Assembly (NCBI GenBank): GCA_039096225.1
Contig: JBBPEB010000025.1
Span: 806,001 to 870,000, forward strand
Reading direction: 5' to 3'
DNA from: Blastocystis sp. Blastoise
Lineage: Eukaryota; Protista; Bigyra: Opalinata
DNA: 64,000 nt
In this document: positions 25,401 through 40,400 of the stretch, one piece after another
How the letters are laid out: each line of letters opens with the position of its first letter
Numbering within the stretch: position 1 is the stretch's first letter
Program-made: the position numbers and the translations under genes
The notes under the pieces: model-generated
Database searches by the model: none
What the model was told of the DNA's origin: nothing
What the model saw: the letters and a program-made list of their open reading frames with translations, nothing else

Positions 25401-28400
25401 TCTTTATAATAATAATTGTAGTGGTAAATGTTTAGAAGGTTATTATTGTTTAGAAGGATCTATATCATCAATTGAAAATGAATGTGGTAATGCAAATGTA
25501 TATTGTCCTTTAGGTTCTTCTTCTCCTATTAATGTTCCTTTAGGTTCTTATTCTATTCCTCTTGATGTTAATTCTACAATTCGTTCTAATTTTGTTATTT
25601 GTGAAGAAGGTAATTATTGTATAGAAGGTATTAAATATTCTTGTCCATCTGGTTCTTATGGTAATGAAACTGGTCTTTATAATAATAATTGTAGTGGTAA
25701 ATGTTTAGAAGGTTATTATTGTTTAGAAGGATCTATATCATCAATTGAAAATGAATGTGGTAATGCAAATGTATATTGTCCTTTAGGTTCTTCTTCTCCT
25801 ATTAATGTTCCTTTAGGTTCTTATTCTATTCCTCTTGATGTTAATTCTACAATTCGTTCTAATTTTGTTATTTGTGAAGAAGGTAATTATTGTATAGAAG
25901 GTATTAAATATTCTTGTCCATCTGGTTCTTATGGTAATGAAACTGGTCTTTATAATAATAATTGTAGTGGTAAATGTTTAGAAGGTTATTATTGTTTAGA
26001 AGGATCTATATCATCAATTGAAAATGAATGTGGTAATGCAAATGTATATTGTCCTTTAGGTTCTTCTTCTCCTATTAATGTTCCTTTAGGTTCTTATTCT
26101 ATTCCTCTTGATGTTAATTCTACAATTCGTTCTAATTTTGTTATTTGTGAAGAAGGTAATTATTGTATAGAAGGTATTAAATATTCTTGTCCATCTGGTT
26201 CTTATGGTAATGAAACTGGTCTTTATAATAATAATTGTAGTGGTAAATGTTTAGAAGGTTATTATTGTTTAGAAGGATCTATATCATCAATTGAAAATGA
26301 ATGTGGTAATGCAAATGTATATTGTCCTTTAGGTTCTTCTTCTCCTATTAATGTTCCTTTAGGTTCTTATTCTATTCCTCTTGATGTTAATTCTACAATT
26401 CGTTCTAATTTTGTTATTTGTGAAGAAGGTAATTATTGTATAGAAGGTATTAAATATTCTTGTCCATCTGGTTCTTATGGTAATGAAACTGGTCTTTATA
26501 ATAATAATTGTAGTGGTAAATGTTTAGAAGGTTATTATTGTTTAGAAGGATCTATATCATCAATTGAAAATGAATGTGGTAATGCAAATGTATATTGTCC
26601 TTTAGGTTCTTCTTCTCCTATTAATGTTCCTTTAGGTTCTTATTCTATTCCTCTTGATGTTAATTCTACAATTCGTTCTAATTTTGTTATTTGTGAAGAA
26701 GGTAATTATTGTATAGAAGGTATTAAATATTCTTGTCCATCTGGTTCTTATGGTAATGAAACTGGTCTTTATAATAATAATTGTAGTGGTAAATGTTTAG
26801 AAGGTTATTATTGTTTAGAAGGATCTATATCATCAATTGAAAATGAATGTGGTAATGCAAATGTATATTGTCCTTTAGGTTCTTCTTCTCCTATTAATGT
26901 TCCTTTAGGTTCTTATTCTATTCCTCTTGATGTTAATTCTACAATTCGTTCTAATTTTGTTATTTGTGAAGAAGGTAATTATTGTATAGAAGGTATTAAA
27001 TATTCTTGTCCATCTGGTTCTTATGGTAATGAAACTGGTCTTTATAATAATAATTGTAGTGGTAAATGTTTAGAAGGTTATTATTGTTTAGAAGGATCTA
27101 TATCATCAATTGAAAATGAATGTGGTAATGCAAATGTATATTGTCCTTTAGGTTCTTCTTCTCCTATTAATGTTCCTTTAGGTTCTTATTCTATTCCTCT
27201 TGATGTTAATTCTACAATTCGTTCTAATTTTGTTATTTGTGAAGAAGGTAATTATTGTATAGAAGGTATTAAATATTCTTGTCCATCTGGTTCTTATGGT
27301 AATGAAACTGGTCTTTATAATAATAATTGTAGTGGTAAATGTTTAGAAGGTTATTATTGTTTAGAAGGATCTATATCATCAATTGAAAATGAATGTGGTA
27401 ATGCAAATGTATATTGTCCTTTAGGTTCTTCTTCTCCTATTAATGTTCCTTTAGGTTCTTATTCTATTCCTCTTGATGTTAATTCTACAATTCGTTCTAA
27501 TTTTGTTATTTGTGAAGAAGGTAATTATTGTATAGAAGGTATTAAATATTCTTGTCCATCTGGTTCTTATGGTAATGAAACTGGTCTTTATAATAATAAT
27601 TGTAGTGGTAAATGTTTAGAAGGTTATTATTGTTTAGAAGGATCTATATCATCAATTGAAAATGAATGTGGTAATGCAAATGTATATTGTCCTTTAGGTT
27701 CTTCTTCTCCTATTAATGTTCCTTTAGGTTCTTATTCTATTCCTCTTGATGTTAATTCTACAATTCGTTCTAATTTTGTTATTTGTGAAGAAGGTAATTA
27801 TTGTATAGAAGGTATTAAATATTCTTGTCCATCTGGTTCTTATGGTAATGAAACTGGTCTTTATAATAATAATTGTAGTGGTAAATGTTTAGAAGGTTAT
27901 TATTGTTTAGAAGGATCTATATCATCAATTGAAAATGAATGTGGTAATGCAAATGTATATTGTCCTTTAGGTTCTTCTTCTCCTATTAATGTTCCTTTAG
28001 GTTCTTATTCTATTCCTCTTGATGTTAATTCTACAATTCGTTCTAATTTTGTTATTTGTGAAGAAGGTAATTATTGTATAGAAGGTATTAAATATTCTTG
28101 TCCATCTGGTTCTTATGGTAATGAAACTGGTCTTTATAATAATAATTGTAGTGGTAAATGTTTAGAAGGTTATTATTGTTTAGAAGGATCTATATCATCA
28201 ATTGAAAATGAATGTGGTAATGCAAATGTATATTGTCCTTTAGGTTCTTCTTCTCCTATTAATGTTCCTTTAGGTTCTTATTCTATTCCTCTTGATGTTA
28301 ATTCTACAATTCGTTCTAATTTTGTTATTTGTGAAGAAGGTAATTATTGTATAGAAGGTATTAAATATTCTTGTCCATCTGGTTCTTATGGTAATGAAAC

Positions 28401-31400
28401 TGGTCTTTATAATAATAATTGTAGTGGTAAATGTTTAGAAGGTTATTATTGTTTAGAAGGATCTATATCATCAATTGAAAATGAATGTGGTAATGCAAAT
28501 GTATATTGTCCTTTAGGTTCTTCTTCTCCTATTAATGTTCCTTTAGGTTCTTATTCTATTCCTCTTGATGTTAATTCTACAATTCGTTCTAATTTTGTTA
28601 TTTGTGAAGAAGGTAATTATTGTATAGAAGGTATTAAATATTCTTGTCCATCTGGTTCTTATGGTAATGAAACTGGTCTTTATAATAATAATTGTAGTGG
28701 TAAATGTTTAGAAGGTTATTATTGTTTAGAAGGATCTATATCATCAATTGAAAATGAATGTGGTAATGCAAATGTATATTGTCCTTTAGGTTCTTCTTCT
28801 CCTATTAATGTTCCTTTAGGTTCTTATTCTATTCCTCTTGATGTTAATTCTACAATTCGTTCTAATTTTGTTATTTGTGAAGAAGGTAATTATTGTATAG
28901 AAGGTATTAAATATTCTTGTCCATCTGGTTCTTATGGTAATGAAACTGGTCTTTATAATAATAATTGTAGTGGTAAATGTTTAGAAGGTTATTATTGTTT
29001 AGAAGGATCTATATCATCAATTGAAAATGAATGTGGTAATGCAAATGTATATTGTCCTTTAGGTTCTTCTTCTCCTATTAATGTTCCTTTAGGTTCTTAT
29101 TCTATTCCTCTTGATGTTAATTCTACAATTCGTTCTAATTTTGTTATTTGTGAAGAAGGTAATTATTGTATAGAAGGTATTAAATATTCTTGTCCATCTG
29201 GTTCTTATGGTAATGAAACTGGTCTTTATAATAATAATTGTAGTGGTAAATGTTTAGAAGGTTATTATTGTTTAGAAGGATCTATATCATCAATTGAAAA
29301 TGAATGTGGTAATGCAAATGTATATTGTCCTTTAGGTTCTTCTTCTCCTATTAATGTTCCTTTAGGTTCTTATTCTATTCCTCTTGATGTTAATTCTACA
29401 ATTCGTTCTAATTTTGTTATTTGTGAAGAAGGTAATTATTGTATAGAAGGTATTAAATATTCTTGTCCATCTGGTTCTTATGGTAATGAAACTGGTCTTT
29501 ATAATAATAATTGTAGTGGTAAATGTTTAGAAGGTTATTATTGTTTAGAAGGATCTATATCATCAATTGAAAATGAATGTGGTAATGCAAATGTATATTG
29601 TCCTTTAGGTTCTTCTTCTCCTATTAATGTTCCTTTAGGTTCTTATTCTATTCCTCTTGATGTTAATTCTACAATTCGTTCTAATTTTGTTATTTGTGAA
29701 GAAGGTAATTATTGTATAGAAGGTATTAAATATTCTTGTCCATCTGGTTCTTATGGTAATGAAACTGGTCTTTATAATAATAATTGTAGTGGTAAATGTT
29801 TAGAAGGTTATTATTGTTTAGAAGGATCTATATCATCAATTGAAAATGAATGTGGTAATGCAAATGTATATTGTCCTTTAGGTTCTTCTTCTCCTATTAA
29901 TGTTCCTTTAGGTTCTTATTCTATTCCTCTTGATGTTAATTCTACAATTCGTTCTAATTTTGTTATTTGTGAAGAAGGTAATTATTGTATAGAAGGTATT
30001 AAATATTCTTGTCCATCTGGTTCTTATGGTAATGAAACTGGTCTTTATAATAATAATTGTAGTGGTAAATGTTTAGAAGGTTATTATTGTTTAGAAGGAT
30101 CTATATCATCAATTGAAAATGAATGTGGTAATGCAAATGTATATTGTCCTTTAGGTTCTTCTTCTCCTATTAATGTTCCTTTAGGTTCTTATTCTATTCC
30201 TCTTGATGTTAATTCTACAATTCGTTCTAATTTTGTTATTTGTGAAGAAGGTAATTATTGTATAGAAGGTATTAAATATTCTTGTCCATCTGGTTCTTAT
30301 GGTAATGAAACTGGTCTTTATAATAATAATTGTAGTGGTAAATGTTTAGAAGGTTATTATTGTTTAGAAGGATCTATATCATCAATTGAAAATGAATGTG
30401 GTAATGCAAATGTATATTGTCCTTTAGGTTCTTCTTCTCCTATTAATGTTCCTTTAGGTTCTTATTCTATTCCTCTTGATGTTAATTCTACAATTCGTTC
30501 TAATTTTGTTATTTGTGAAGAAGGTAATTATTGTATAGAAGGTATTAAATATTCTTGTCCATCTGGTTCTTATGGTAATGAAACTGGTCTTTATAATAAT
30601 AATTGTAGTGGTAAATGTTTAGAAGGTTATTATTGTTTAGAAGGATCTATATCATCAATTGAAAATGAATGTGGTAATGCAAATGTATATTGTCCTTTAG
30701 GTTCTTCTTCTCCTATTAATGTTCCTTTAGGTTCTTATTCTATTCCTCTTGATGTTAATTCTACAATTCGTTCTAATTTTGTTATTTGTGAAGAAGGTAA
30801 TTATTGTATAGAAGGTATTAAATATTCTTGTCCATCTGGTTCTTATGGTAATGAAACTGGTCTTTATAATAATAATTGTAGTGGTAAATGTTTAGAAGGT
30901 TATTATTGTTTAGAAGGATCTATATCATCAATTGAAAATGAATGTGGTAATGCAAATGTATATTGTCCTTTAGGTTCTTCTTCTCCTATTAATGTTCCTT
31001 TAGGTTCTTATTCTATTCCTCTTGATGTTAATTCTACAATTCGTTCTAATTTTGTTATTTGTGAAGAAGGTAATTATTGTATAGAAGGTATTAAATATTC
31101 TTGTCCATCTGGTTCTTATGGTAATGAAACTGGTCTTTATAATAATAATTGTAGTGGTAAATGTTTAGAAGGTTATTATTGTTTAGAAGGATCTATATCA
31201 TCAATTGAAAATGAATGTGGTAATGCAAATGTATATTGTCCTTTAGGTTCTTCTTCTCCTATTAATGTTCCTTTAGGTTCTTATTCTATTCCTCTTGATG
31301 TTAATTCTACAATTCGTTCTAATTTTGTTATTTGTGAAGAAGGTAATTATTGTATAGAAGGTATTAAATATTCTTGTCCATCTGGTTCTTATGGTAATGA

Positions 31401-34400
31401 AACTGGTCTTTATAATAATAATTGTAGTGGTAAATGTTTAGAAGGTTATTATTGTTTAGAAGGATCTATATCATCAATTGAAAATGAATGTGGTAATGCA
31501 AATGTATATTGTCCTTTAGGTTCTTCTTCTCCTATTAATGTTCCTTTAGGTTCTTATTCTATTCCTCTTGATGTTAATTCTACAATTCGTTCTAATTTTG
31601 TTATTTGTGAAGAAGGTAATTATTGTATAGAAGGTATTAAATATTCTTGTCCATCTGGTTCTTATGGTAATGAAACTGGTCTTTATAATAATAATTGTAG
31701 TGGTAAATGTTTAGAAGGTTATTATTGTTTAGAAGGATCTATATCATCAATTGAAAATGAATGTGGTAATGCAAATGTATATTGTCCTTTAGGTTCTTCT
31801 TCTCCTATTAATGTTCCTTTAGGTTCTTATTCTATTCCTCTTGATGTTAATTCTACAATTCGTTCTAATTTTGTTATTTGTGAAGAAGGTAATTATTGTA
31901 TAGAAGGTATTAAATATTCTTGTCCATCTGGTTCTTATGGTAATGAAACTGGTCTTTATAATAATAATTGTAGTGGTAAATGTTTAGAAGGTTATTATTG
32001 TTTAGAAGGATCTATATCATCAATTGAAAATGAATGTGGTAATGCAAATGTATATTGTCCTTTAGGTTCTTCTTCTCCTATTAATGTTCCTTTAGGTTCT
32101 TATTCTATTCCTCTTGATGTTAATTCTACAATTCGTTCTAATTTTGTTATTTGTGAAGAAGGTAATTATTGTATAGAAGGTATTAAATATTCTTGTCCAT
32201 CTGGTTCTTATGGTAATGAAACTGGTCTTTATAATAATAATTGTAGTGGTAAATGTTTAGAAGGTTATTATTGTTTAGAAGGATCTATATCATCAATTGA
32301 AAATGAATGTGGTAATGCAAATGTATATTGTCCTTTAGGTTCTTCTTCTCCTATTAATGTTCCTTTAGGTTCTTATTCTATTCCTCTTGATGTTAATTCT
32401 ACAATTCGTTCTAATTTTGTTATTTGTGAAGAAGGTAATTATTGTATAGAAGGTATTAAATATTCTTGTCCATCTGGTTCTTATGGTAATGAAACTGGTC
32501 TTTATAATAATAATTGTAGTGGTAAATGTTTAGAAGGTTATTATTGTTTAGAAGGATCTATATCATCAATTGAAAATGAATGTGGTAATGCAAATGTATA
32601 TTGTCCTTTAGGTTCTTCTTCTCCTATTAATGTTCCTTTAGGTTCTTATTCTATTCCTCTTGATGTTAATTCTACAATTCGTTCTAATTTTGTTATTTGT
32701 GAAGAAGGTAATTATTGTATAGAAGGTATTAAATATTCTTGTCCATCTGGTTCTTATGGTAATGAAACTGGTCTTTATAATAATAATTGTAGTGGTAAAT
32801 GTTTAGAAGGTTATTATTGTTTAGAAGGATCTATATCATCAATTGAAAATGAATGTGGTAATGCAAATGTATATTGTCCTTTAGGTTCTTCTTCTCCTAT
32901 TAATGTTCCTTTAGGTTCTTATTCTATTCCTCTTGATGTTAATTCTACAATTCGTTCTAATTTTGTTATTTGTGAAGAAGGTAATTATTGTATAGAAGGT
33001 ATTAAATATTCTTGTCCATCTGGTTCTTATGGTAATGAAACTGGTCTTTATAATAATAATTGTAGTGGTAAATGTTTAGAAGGTTATTATTGTTTAGAAG
33101 GATCTATATCATCAATTGAAAATGAATGTGGTAATGCAAATGTATATTGTCCTTTAGGTTCTTCTTCTCCTATTAATGTTCCTTTAGGTTCTTATTCTAT
33201 TCCTCTTGATGTTAATTCTACAATTCGTTCTAATTTTGTTATTTGTGAAGAAGGTAATTATTGTATAGAAGGTATTAAATATTCTTGTCCATCTGGTTCT
33301 TATGGTAATGAAACTGGTCTTTATAATAATAATTGTAGTGGTAAATGTTTAGAAGGTTATTATTGTTTAGAAGGATCTATATCATCAATTGAAAATGAAT
33401 GTGGTAATGCAAATGTATATTGTCCTTTAGGTTCTTCTTCTCCTATTAATGTTCCTTTAGGTTCTTATTCTATTCCTCTTGATGTTAATTCTACAATTCG
33501 TTCTAATTTTGTTATTTGTGAAGAAGGTAATTATTGTATAGAAGGTATTAAATATTCTTGTCCATCTGGTTCTTATGGTAATGAAACTGGTCTTTATAAT
33601 AATAATTGTAGTGGTAAATGTTTAGAAGGTTATTATTGTTTAGAAGGATCTATATCATCAATTGAAAATGAATGTGGTAATGCAAATGTATATTGTCCTT
33701 TAGGTTCTTCTTCTCCTATTAATGTTCCTTTAGGTTCTTATTCTATTCCTCTTGATGTTAATTCTACAATTCGTTCTAATTTTGTTATTTGTGAAGAAGG
33801 TAATTATTGTATAGAAGGTATTAAATATTCTTGTCCATCTGGTTCTTATGGTAATGAAACTGGTCTTTATAATAATAATTGTAGTGGTAAATGTTTAGAA
33901 GGTTATTATTGTTTAGAAGGATCTATATCATCAATTGAAAATGAATGTGGTAATGCAAATGTATATTGTCCTTTAGGTTCTTCTTCTCCTATTAATGTTC
34001 CTTTAGGTTCTTATTCTATTCCTCTTGATGTTAATTCTACAATTCGTTCTAATTTTGTTATTTGTGAAGAAGGTAATTATTGTATAGAAGGTATTAAATA
34101 TTCTTGTCCATCTGGTTCTTATGGTAATGAAACTGGTCTTTATAATAATAATTGTAGTGGTAAATGTTTAGAAGGTTATTATTGTTTAGAAGGATCTATA
34201 TCATCAATTGAAAATGAATGTGGTAATGCAAATGTATATTGTCCTTTAGGTTCTTCTTCTCCTATTAATGTTCCTTTAGGTTCTTATTCTATTCCTCTTG
34301 ATGTTAATTCTACAATTCGTTCTAATTTTGTTATTTGTGAAGAAGGTAATTATTGTATAGAAGGTATTAAATATTCTTGTCCATCTGGTTCTTATGGTAA

Positions 34401-37400
34401 TGAAACTGGTCTTTATAATAATAATTGTAGTGGTAAATGTTTAGAAGGTTATTATTGTTTAGAAGGATCTATATCATCAATTGAAAATGAATGTGGTAAT
34501 GCAAATGTATATTGTCCTTTAGGTTCTTCTTCTCCTATTAATGTTCCTTTAGGTTCTTATTCTATTCCTCTTGATGTTAATTCTACAATTCGTTCTAATT
34601 TTGTTATTTGTGAAGAAGGTAATTATTGTATAGAAGGTATTAAATATTCTTGTCCATCTGGTTCTTATGGTAATGAAACTGGTCTTTATAATAATAATTG
34701 TAGTGGTAAATGTTTAGAAGGTTATTATTGTTTAGAAGGATCTATATCATCAATTGAAAATGAATGTGGTAATGCAAATGTATATTGTCCTTTAGGTTCT
34801 TCTTCTCCTATTAATGTTCCTTTAGGTTCTTATTCTATTCCTCTTGATGTTAATTCTACAATTCGTTCTAATTTTGTTATTTGTGAAGAAGGTAATTATT
34901 GTATAGAAGGTATTAAATATTCTTGTCCATCTGGTTCTTATGGTAATGAAACTGGTCTTTATAATAATAATTGTAGTGGTAAATGTTTAGAAGGTTATTA
35001 TTGTTTAGAAGGATCTATATCATCAATTGAAAATGAATGTGGTAATGCAAATGTATATTGTCCTTTAGGTTCTTCTTCTCCTATTAATGTTCCTTTAGGT
35101 TCTTATTCTATTCCTCTTGATGTTAATTCTACAATTCGTTCTAATTTTGTTATTTGTGAAGAAGGTAATTATTGTATAGAAGGTATTAAATATTCTTGTC
35201 CATCTGGTTCTTATGGTAATGAAACTGGTCTTTATAATAATAATTGTAGTGGTAAATGTTTAGAAGGTTATTATTGTTTAGAAGGATCTATATCATCAAT
35301 TGAAAATGAATGTGGTAATGCAAATGTATATTGTCCTTTAGGTTCTTCTTCTCCTATTAATGTTCCTTTAGGTTCTTATTCTATTCCTCTTGATGTTAAT
35401 TCTACAATTCGTTCTAATTTTGTTATTTGTGAAGAAGGTAATTATTGTATAGAAGGTATTAAATATTCTTGTCCATCTGGTTCTTATGGTAATGAAACTG
35501 GTCTTTATAATAATAATTGTAGTGGTAAATGTTTAGAAGGTTATTATTGTTTAGAAGGATCTATATCATCAATTGAAAATGAATGTGGTAATGCAAATGT
35601 ATATTGTCCTTTAGGTTCTTCTTCTCCTATTAATGTTCCTTTAGGTTCTTATTCTATTCCTCTTGATGTTAATTCTACAATTCGTTCTAATTTTGTTATT
35701 TGTGAAGAAGGTAATTATTGTATAGAAGGTATTAAATATTCTTGTCCATCTGGTTCTTATGGTAATGAAACTGGTCTTTATAATAATAATTGTAGTGGTA
35801 AATGTTTAGAAGGTTATTATTGTTTAGAAGGATCTATATCATCAATTGAAAATGAATGTGGTAATGCAAATGTATATTGTCCTTTAGGTTCTTCTTCTCC
35901 TATTAATGTTCCTTTAGGTTCTTATTCTATTCCTCTTGATGTTAATTCTACAATTCGTTCTAATTTTGTTATTTGTGAAGAAGGTAATTATTGTATAGAA
36001 GGTATTAAATATTCTTGTCCATCTGGTTCTTATGGTAATGAAACTGGTCTTTATAATAATAATTGTAGTGGTAAATGTTTAGAAGGTTATTATTGTTTAG
36101 AAGGATCTATATCATCAATTGAAAATGAATGTGGTAATGCAAATGTATATTGTCCTTTAGGTTCTTCTTCTCCTATTAATGTTCCTTTAGGTTCTTATTC
36201 TATTCCTCTTGATGTTAATTCTACAATTCGTTCTAATTTTGTTATTTGTGAAGAAGGTAATTATTGTATAGAAGGTATTAAATATTCTTGTCCATCTGGT
36301 TCTTATGGTAATGAAACTGGTCTTTATAATAATAATTGTAGTGGTAAATGTTTAGAAGGTTATTATTGTTTAGAAGGATCTATATCATCAATTGAAAATG
36401 AATGTGGTAATGCAAATGTATATTGTCCTTTAGGTTCTTCTTCTCCTATTAATGTTCCTTTAGGTTCTTATTCTATTCCTCTTGATGTTAATTCTACAAT
36501 TCGTTCTAATTTTGTTATTTGTGAAGAAGGTAATTATTGTATAGAAGGTATTAAATATTCTTGTCCATCTGGTTCTTATGGTAATGAAACTGGTCTTTAT
36601 AATAATAATTGTAGTGGTAAATGTTTAGAAGGTTATTATTGTTTAGAAGGATCTATATCATCAATTGAAAATGAATGTGGTAATGCAAATGTATATTGTC
36701 CTTTAGGTTCTTCTTCTCCTATTAATGTTCCTTTAGGTTCTTATTCTATTCCTCTTGATGTTAATTCTACAATTCGTTCTAATTTTGTTATTTGTGAAGA
36801 AGGTAATTATTGTATAGAAGGTATTAAATATTCTTGTCCATCTGGTTCTTATGGTAATGAAACTGGTCTTTATAATAATAATTGTAGTGGTAAATGTTTA
36901 GAAGGTTATTATTGTTTAGAAGGATCTATATCATCAATTGAAAATGAATGTGGTAATGCAAATGTATATTGTCCTTTAGGTTCTTCTTCTCCTATTAATG
37001 TTCCTTTAGGTTCTTATTCTATTCCTCTTGATGTTAATTCTACAATTCGTTCTAATTTTGTTATTTGTGAAGAAGGTAATTATTGTATAGAAGGTATTAA
37101 ATATTCTTGTCCATCTGGTTCTTATGGTAATGAAACTGGTCTTTATAATAATAATTGTAGTGGTAAATGTTTAGAAGGTTATTATTGTTTAGAAGGATCT
37201 ATATCATCAATTGAAAATGAATGTGGTAATGCAAATGTATATTGTCCTTTAGGTTCTTCTTCTCCTATTAATGTTCCTTTAGGTTCTTATTCTATTCCTC
37301 TTGATGTTAATTCTACAATTCGTTCTAATTTTGTTATTTGTGAAGAAGGTAATTATTGTATAGAAGGTATTAAATATTCTTGTCCATCTGGTTCTTATGG

Positions 37401-40400
37401 TAATGAAACTGGTCTTTATAATAATAATTGTAGTGGTAAATGTTTAGAAGGTTATTATTGTTTAGAAGGATCTATATCATCAATTGAAAATGAATGTGGT
37501 AATGCAAATGTATATTGTCCTTTAGGTTCTTCTTCTCCTATTAATGTTCCTTTAGGTTCTTATTCTATTCCTCTTGATGTTAATTCTACAATTCGTTCTA
37601 ATTTTGTTATTTGTGAAGAAGGTAATTATTGTATAGAAGGTATTAAATATTCTTGTCCATCTGGTTCTTATGGTAATGAAACTGGTCTTTATAATAATAA
37701 TTGTAGTGGTAAATGTTTAGAAGGTTATTATTGTTTAGAAGGATCTATATCATCAATTGAAAATGAATGTGGTAATGCAAATGTATATTGTCCTTTAGGT
37801 TCTTCTTCTCCTATTAATGTTCCTTTAGGTTCTTATTCTATTCCTCTTGATGTTAATTCTACAATTCGTTCTAATTTTGTTATTTGTGAAGAAGGTAATT
37901 ATTGTATAGAAGGTATTAAATATTCTTGTCCATCTGGTTCTTATGGTAATGAAACTGGTCTTTATAATAATAATTGTAGTGGTAAATGTTTAGAAGGTTA
38001 TTATTGTTTAGAAGGATCTATATCATCAATTGAAAATGAATGTGGTAATGCAAATGTATATTGTCCTTTAGGTTCTTCTTCTCCTATTAATGTTCCTTTA
38101 GGTTCTTATTCTATTCCTCTTGATGTTAATTCTACAATTCGTTCTAATTTTGTTATTTGTGAAGAAGGTAATTATTGTATAGAAGGTATTAAATATTCTT
38201 GTCCATCTGGTTCTTATGGTAATGAAACTGGTCTTTATAATAATAATTGTAGTGGTAAATGTTTAGAAGGTTATTATTGTTTAGAAGGATCTATATCATC
38301 AATTGAAAATGAATGTGGTAATGCAAATGTATATTGTCCTTTAGGTTCTTCTTCTCCTATTAATGTTCCTTTAGGTTCTTATTCTATTCCTCTTGATGTT
38401 AATTCTACAATTCGTTCTAATTTTGTTATTTGTGAAGAAGGTAATTATTGTATAGAAGGTATTAAATATTCTTGTCCATCTGGTTCTTATGGTAATGAAA
38501 CTGGTCTTTATAATAATAATTGTAGTGGTAAATGTTTAGAAGGTTATTATTGTTTAGAAGGATCTATATCATCAATTGAAAATGAATGTGGTAATGCAAA
38601 TGTATATTGTCCTTTAGGTTCTTCTTCTCCTATTAATGTTCCTTTAGGTTCTTATTCTATTCCTCTTGATGTTAATTCTACAATTCGTTCTAATTTTGTT
38701 ATTTGTGAAGAAGGTAATTATTGTATAGAAGGTATTAAATATTCTTGTCCATCTGGTTCTTATGGTAATGAAACTGGTCTTTATAATAATAATTGTAGTG
38801 GTAAATGTTTAGAAGGTTATTATTGTTTAGAAGGATCTATATCATCAATTGAAAATGAATGTGGTAATGCAAATGTATATTGTCCTTTAGGTTCTTCTTC
38901 TCCTATTAATGTTCCTTTAGGTTCTTATTCTATTCCTCTTGATGTTAATTCTACAATTCGTTCTAATTTTGTTATTTGTGAAGAAGGTAATTATTGTATA
39001 GAAGGTATTAAATATTCTTGTCCATCTGGTTCTTATGGTAATGAAACTGGTCTTTATAATAATAATTGTAGTGGTAAATGTTTAGAAGGTTATTATTGTT
39101 TAGAAGGATCTATATCATCAATTGAAAATGAATGTGGTAATGCAAATGTATATTGTCCTTTAGGTTCTTCTTCTCCTATTAATGTTCCTTTAGGTTCTTA
39201 TTCTATTCCTCTTGATGTTAATTCTACAATTCGTTCTAATTTTGTTATTTGTGAAGAAGGTAATTATTGTATAGAAGGTATTAAATATTCTTGTCCATCT
39301 GGTTCTTATGGTAATGAAACTGGTCTTTATAATAATAATTGTAGTGGTAAATGTTTAGAAGGTTATTATTGTTTAGAAGGATCTATATCATCAATTGAAA
39401 ATGAATGTGGTAATGCAAATGTATATTGTCCTTTAGGTTCTTCTTCTCCTATTAATGTTCCTTTAGGTTCTTATTCTATTCCTCTTGATGTTAATTCTAC
39501 AATTCGTTCTAATTTTGTTATTTGTGAAGAAGGTAATTATTGTATAGAAGGTATTAAATATTCTTGTCCATCTGGTTCTTATGGTAATGAAACTGGTCTT
39601 TATAATAATAATTGTAGTGGTAAATGTTTAGAAGGTTATTATTGTTTAGAAGGATCTATATCATCAATTGAAAATGAATGTGGTAATGCAAATGTATATT
39701 GTCCTTTAGGTTCTTCTTCTCCTATTAATGTTCCTTTAGGTTCTTATTCTATTCCTCTTGATGTTAATTCTACAATTCGTTCTAATTTTGTTATTTGTGA
39801 AGAAGGTAATTATTGTATAGAAGGTATTAAATATTCTTGTCCATCTGGTTCTTATGGTAATGAAACTGGTCTTTATAATAATAATTGTAGTGGTAAATGT
39901 TTAGAAGGTTATTATTGTTTAGAAGGATCTATATCATCAATTGAAAATGAATGTGGTAATGCAAATGTATATTGTCCTTTAGGTTCTTCTTCTCCTATTA
40001 ATGTTCCTTTAGGTTCTTATTCTATTCCTCTTGATGTTAATTCTACAATTCGTTCTAATTTTGTTATTTGTGAAGAAGGTAATTATTGTATAGAAGGTAT
40101 TAAATATTCTTGTCCATCTGGTTCTTATGGTAATGAAACTGGTCTTTATAATAATAATTGTAGTGGTAAATGTTTAGAAGGTTATTATTGTTTAGAAGGA
40201 TCTATATCATCAATTGAAAATGAATGTGGTAATGCAAATGTATATTGTCCTTTAGGTTCTTCTTCTCCTATTAATGTTCCTTTAGGTTCTTATTCTATTC
40301 CTCTTGATGTTAATTCTACAATTCGTTCTAATTTTGTTATTTGTGAAGAAGGTAATTATTGTATAGAAGGTATTAAATATTCTTGTCCATCTGGTTCTTA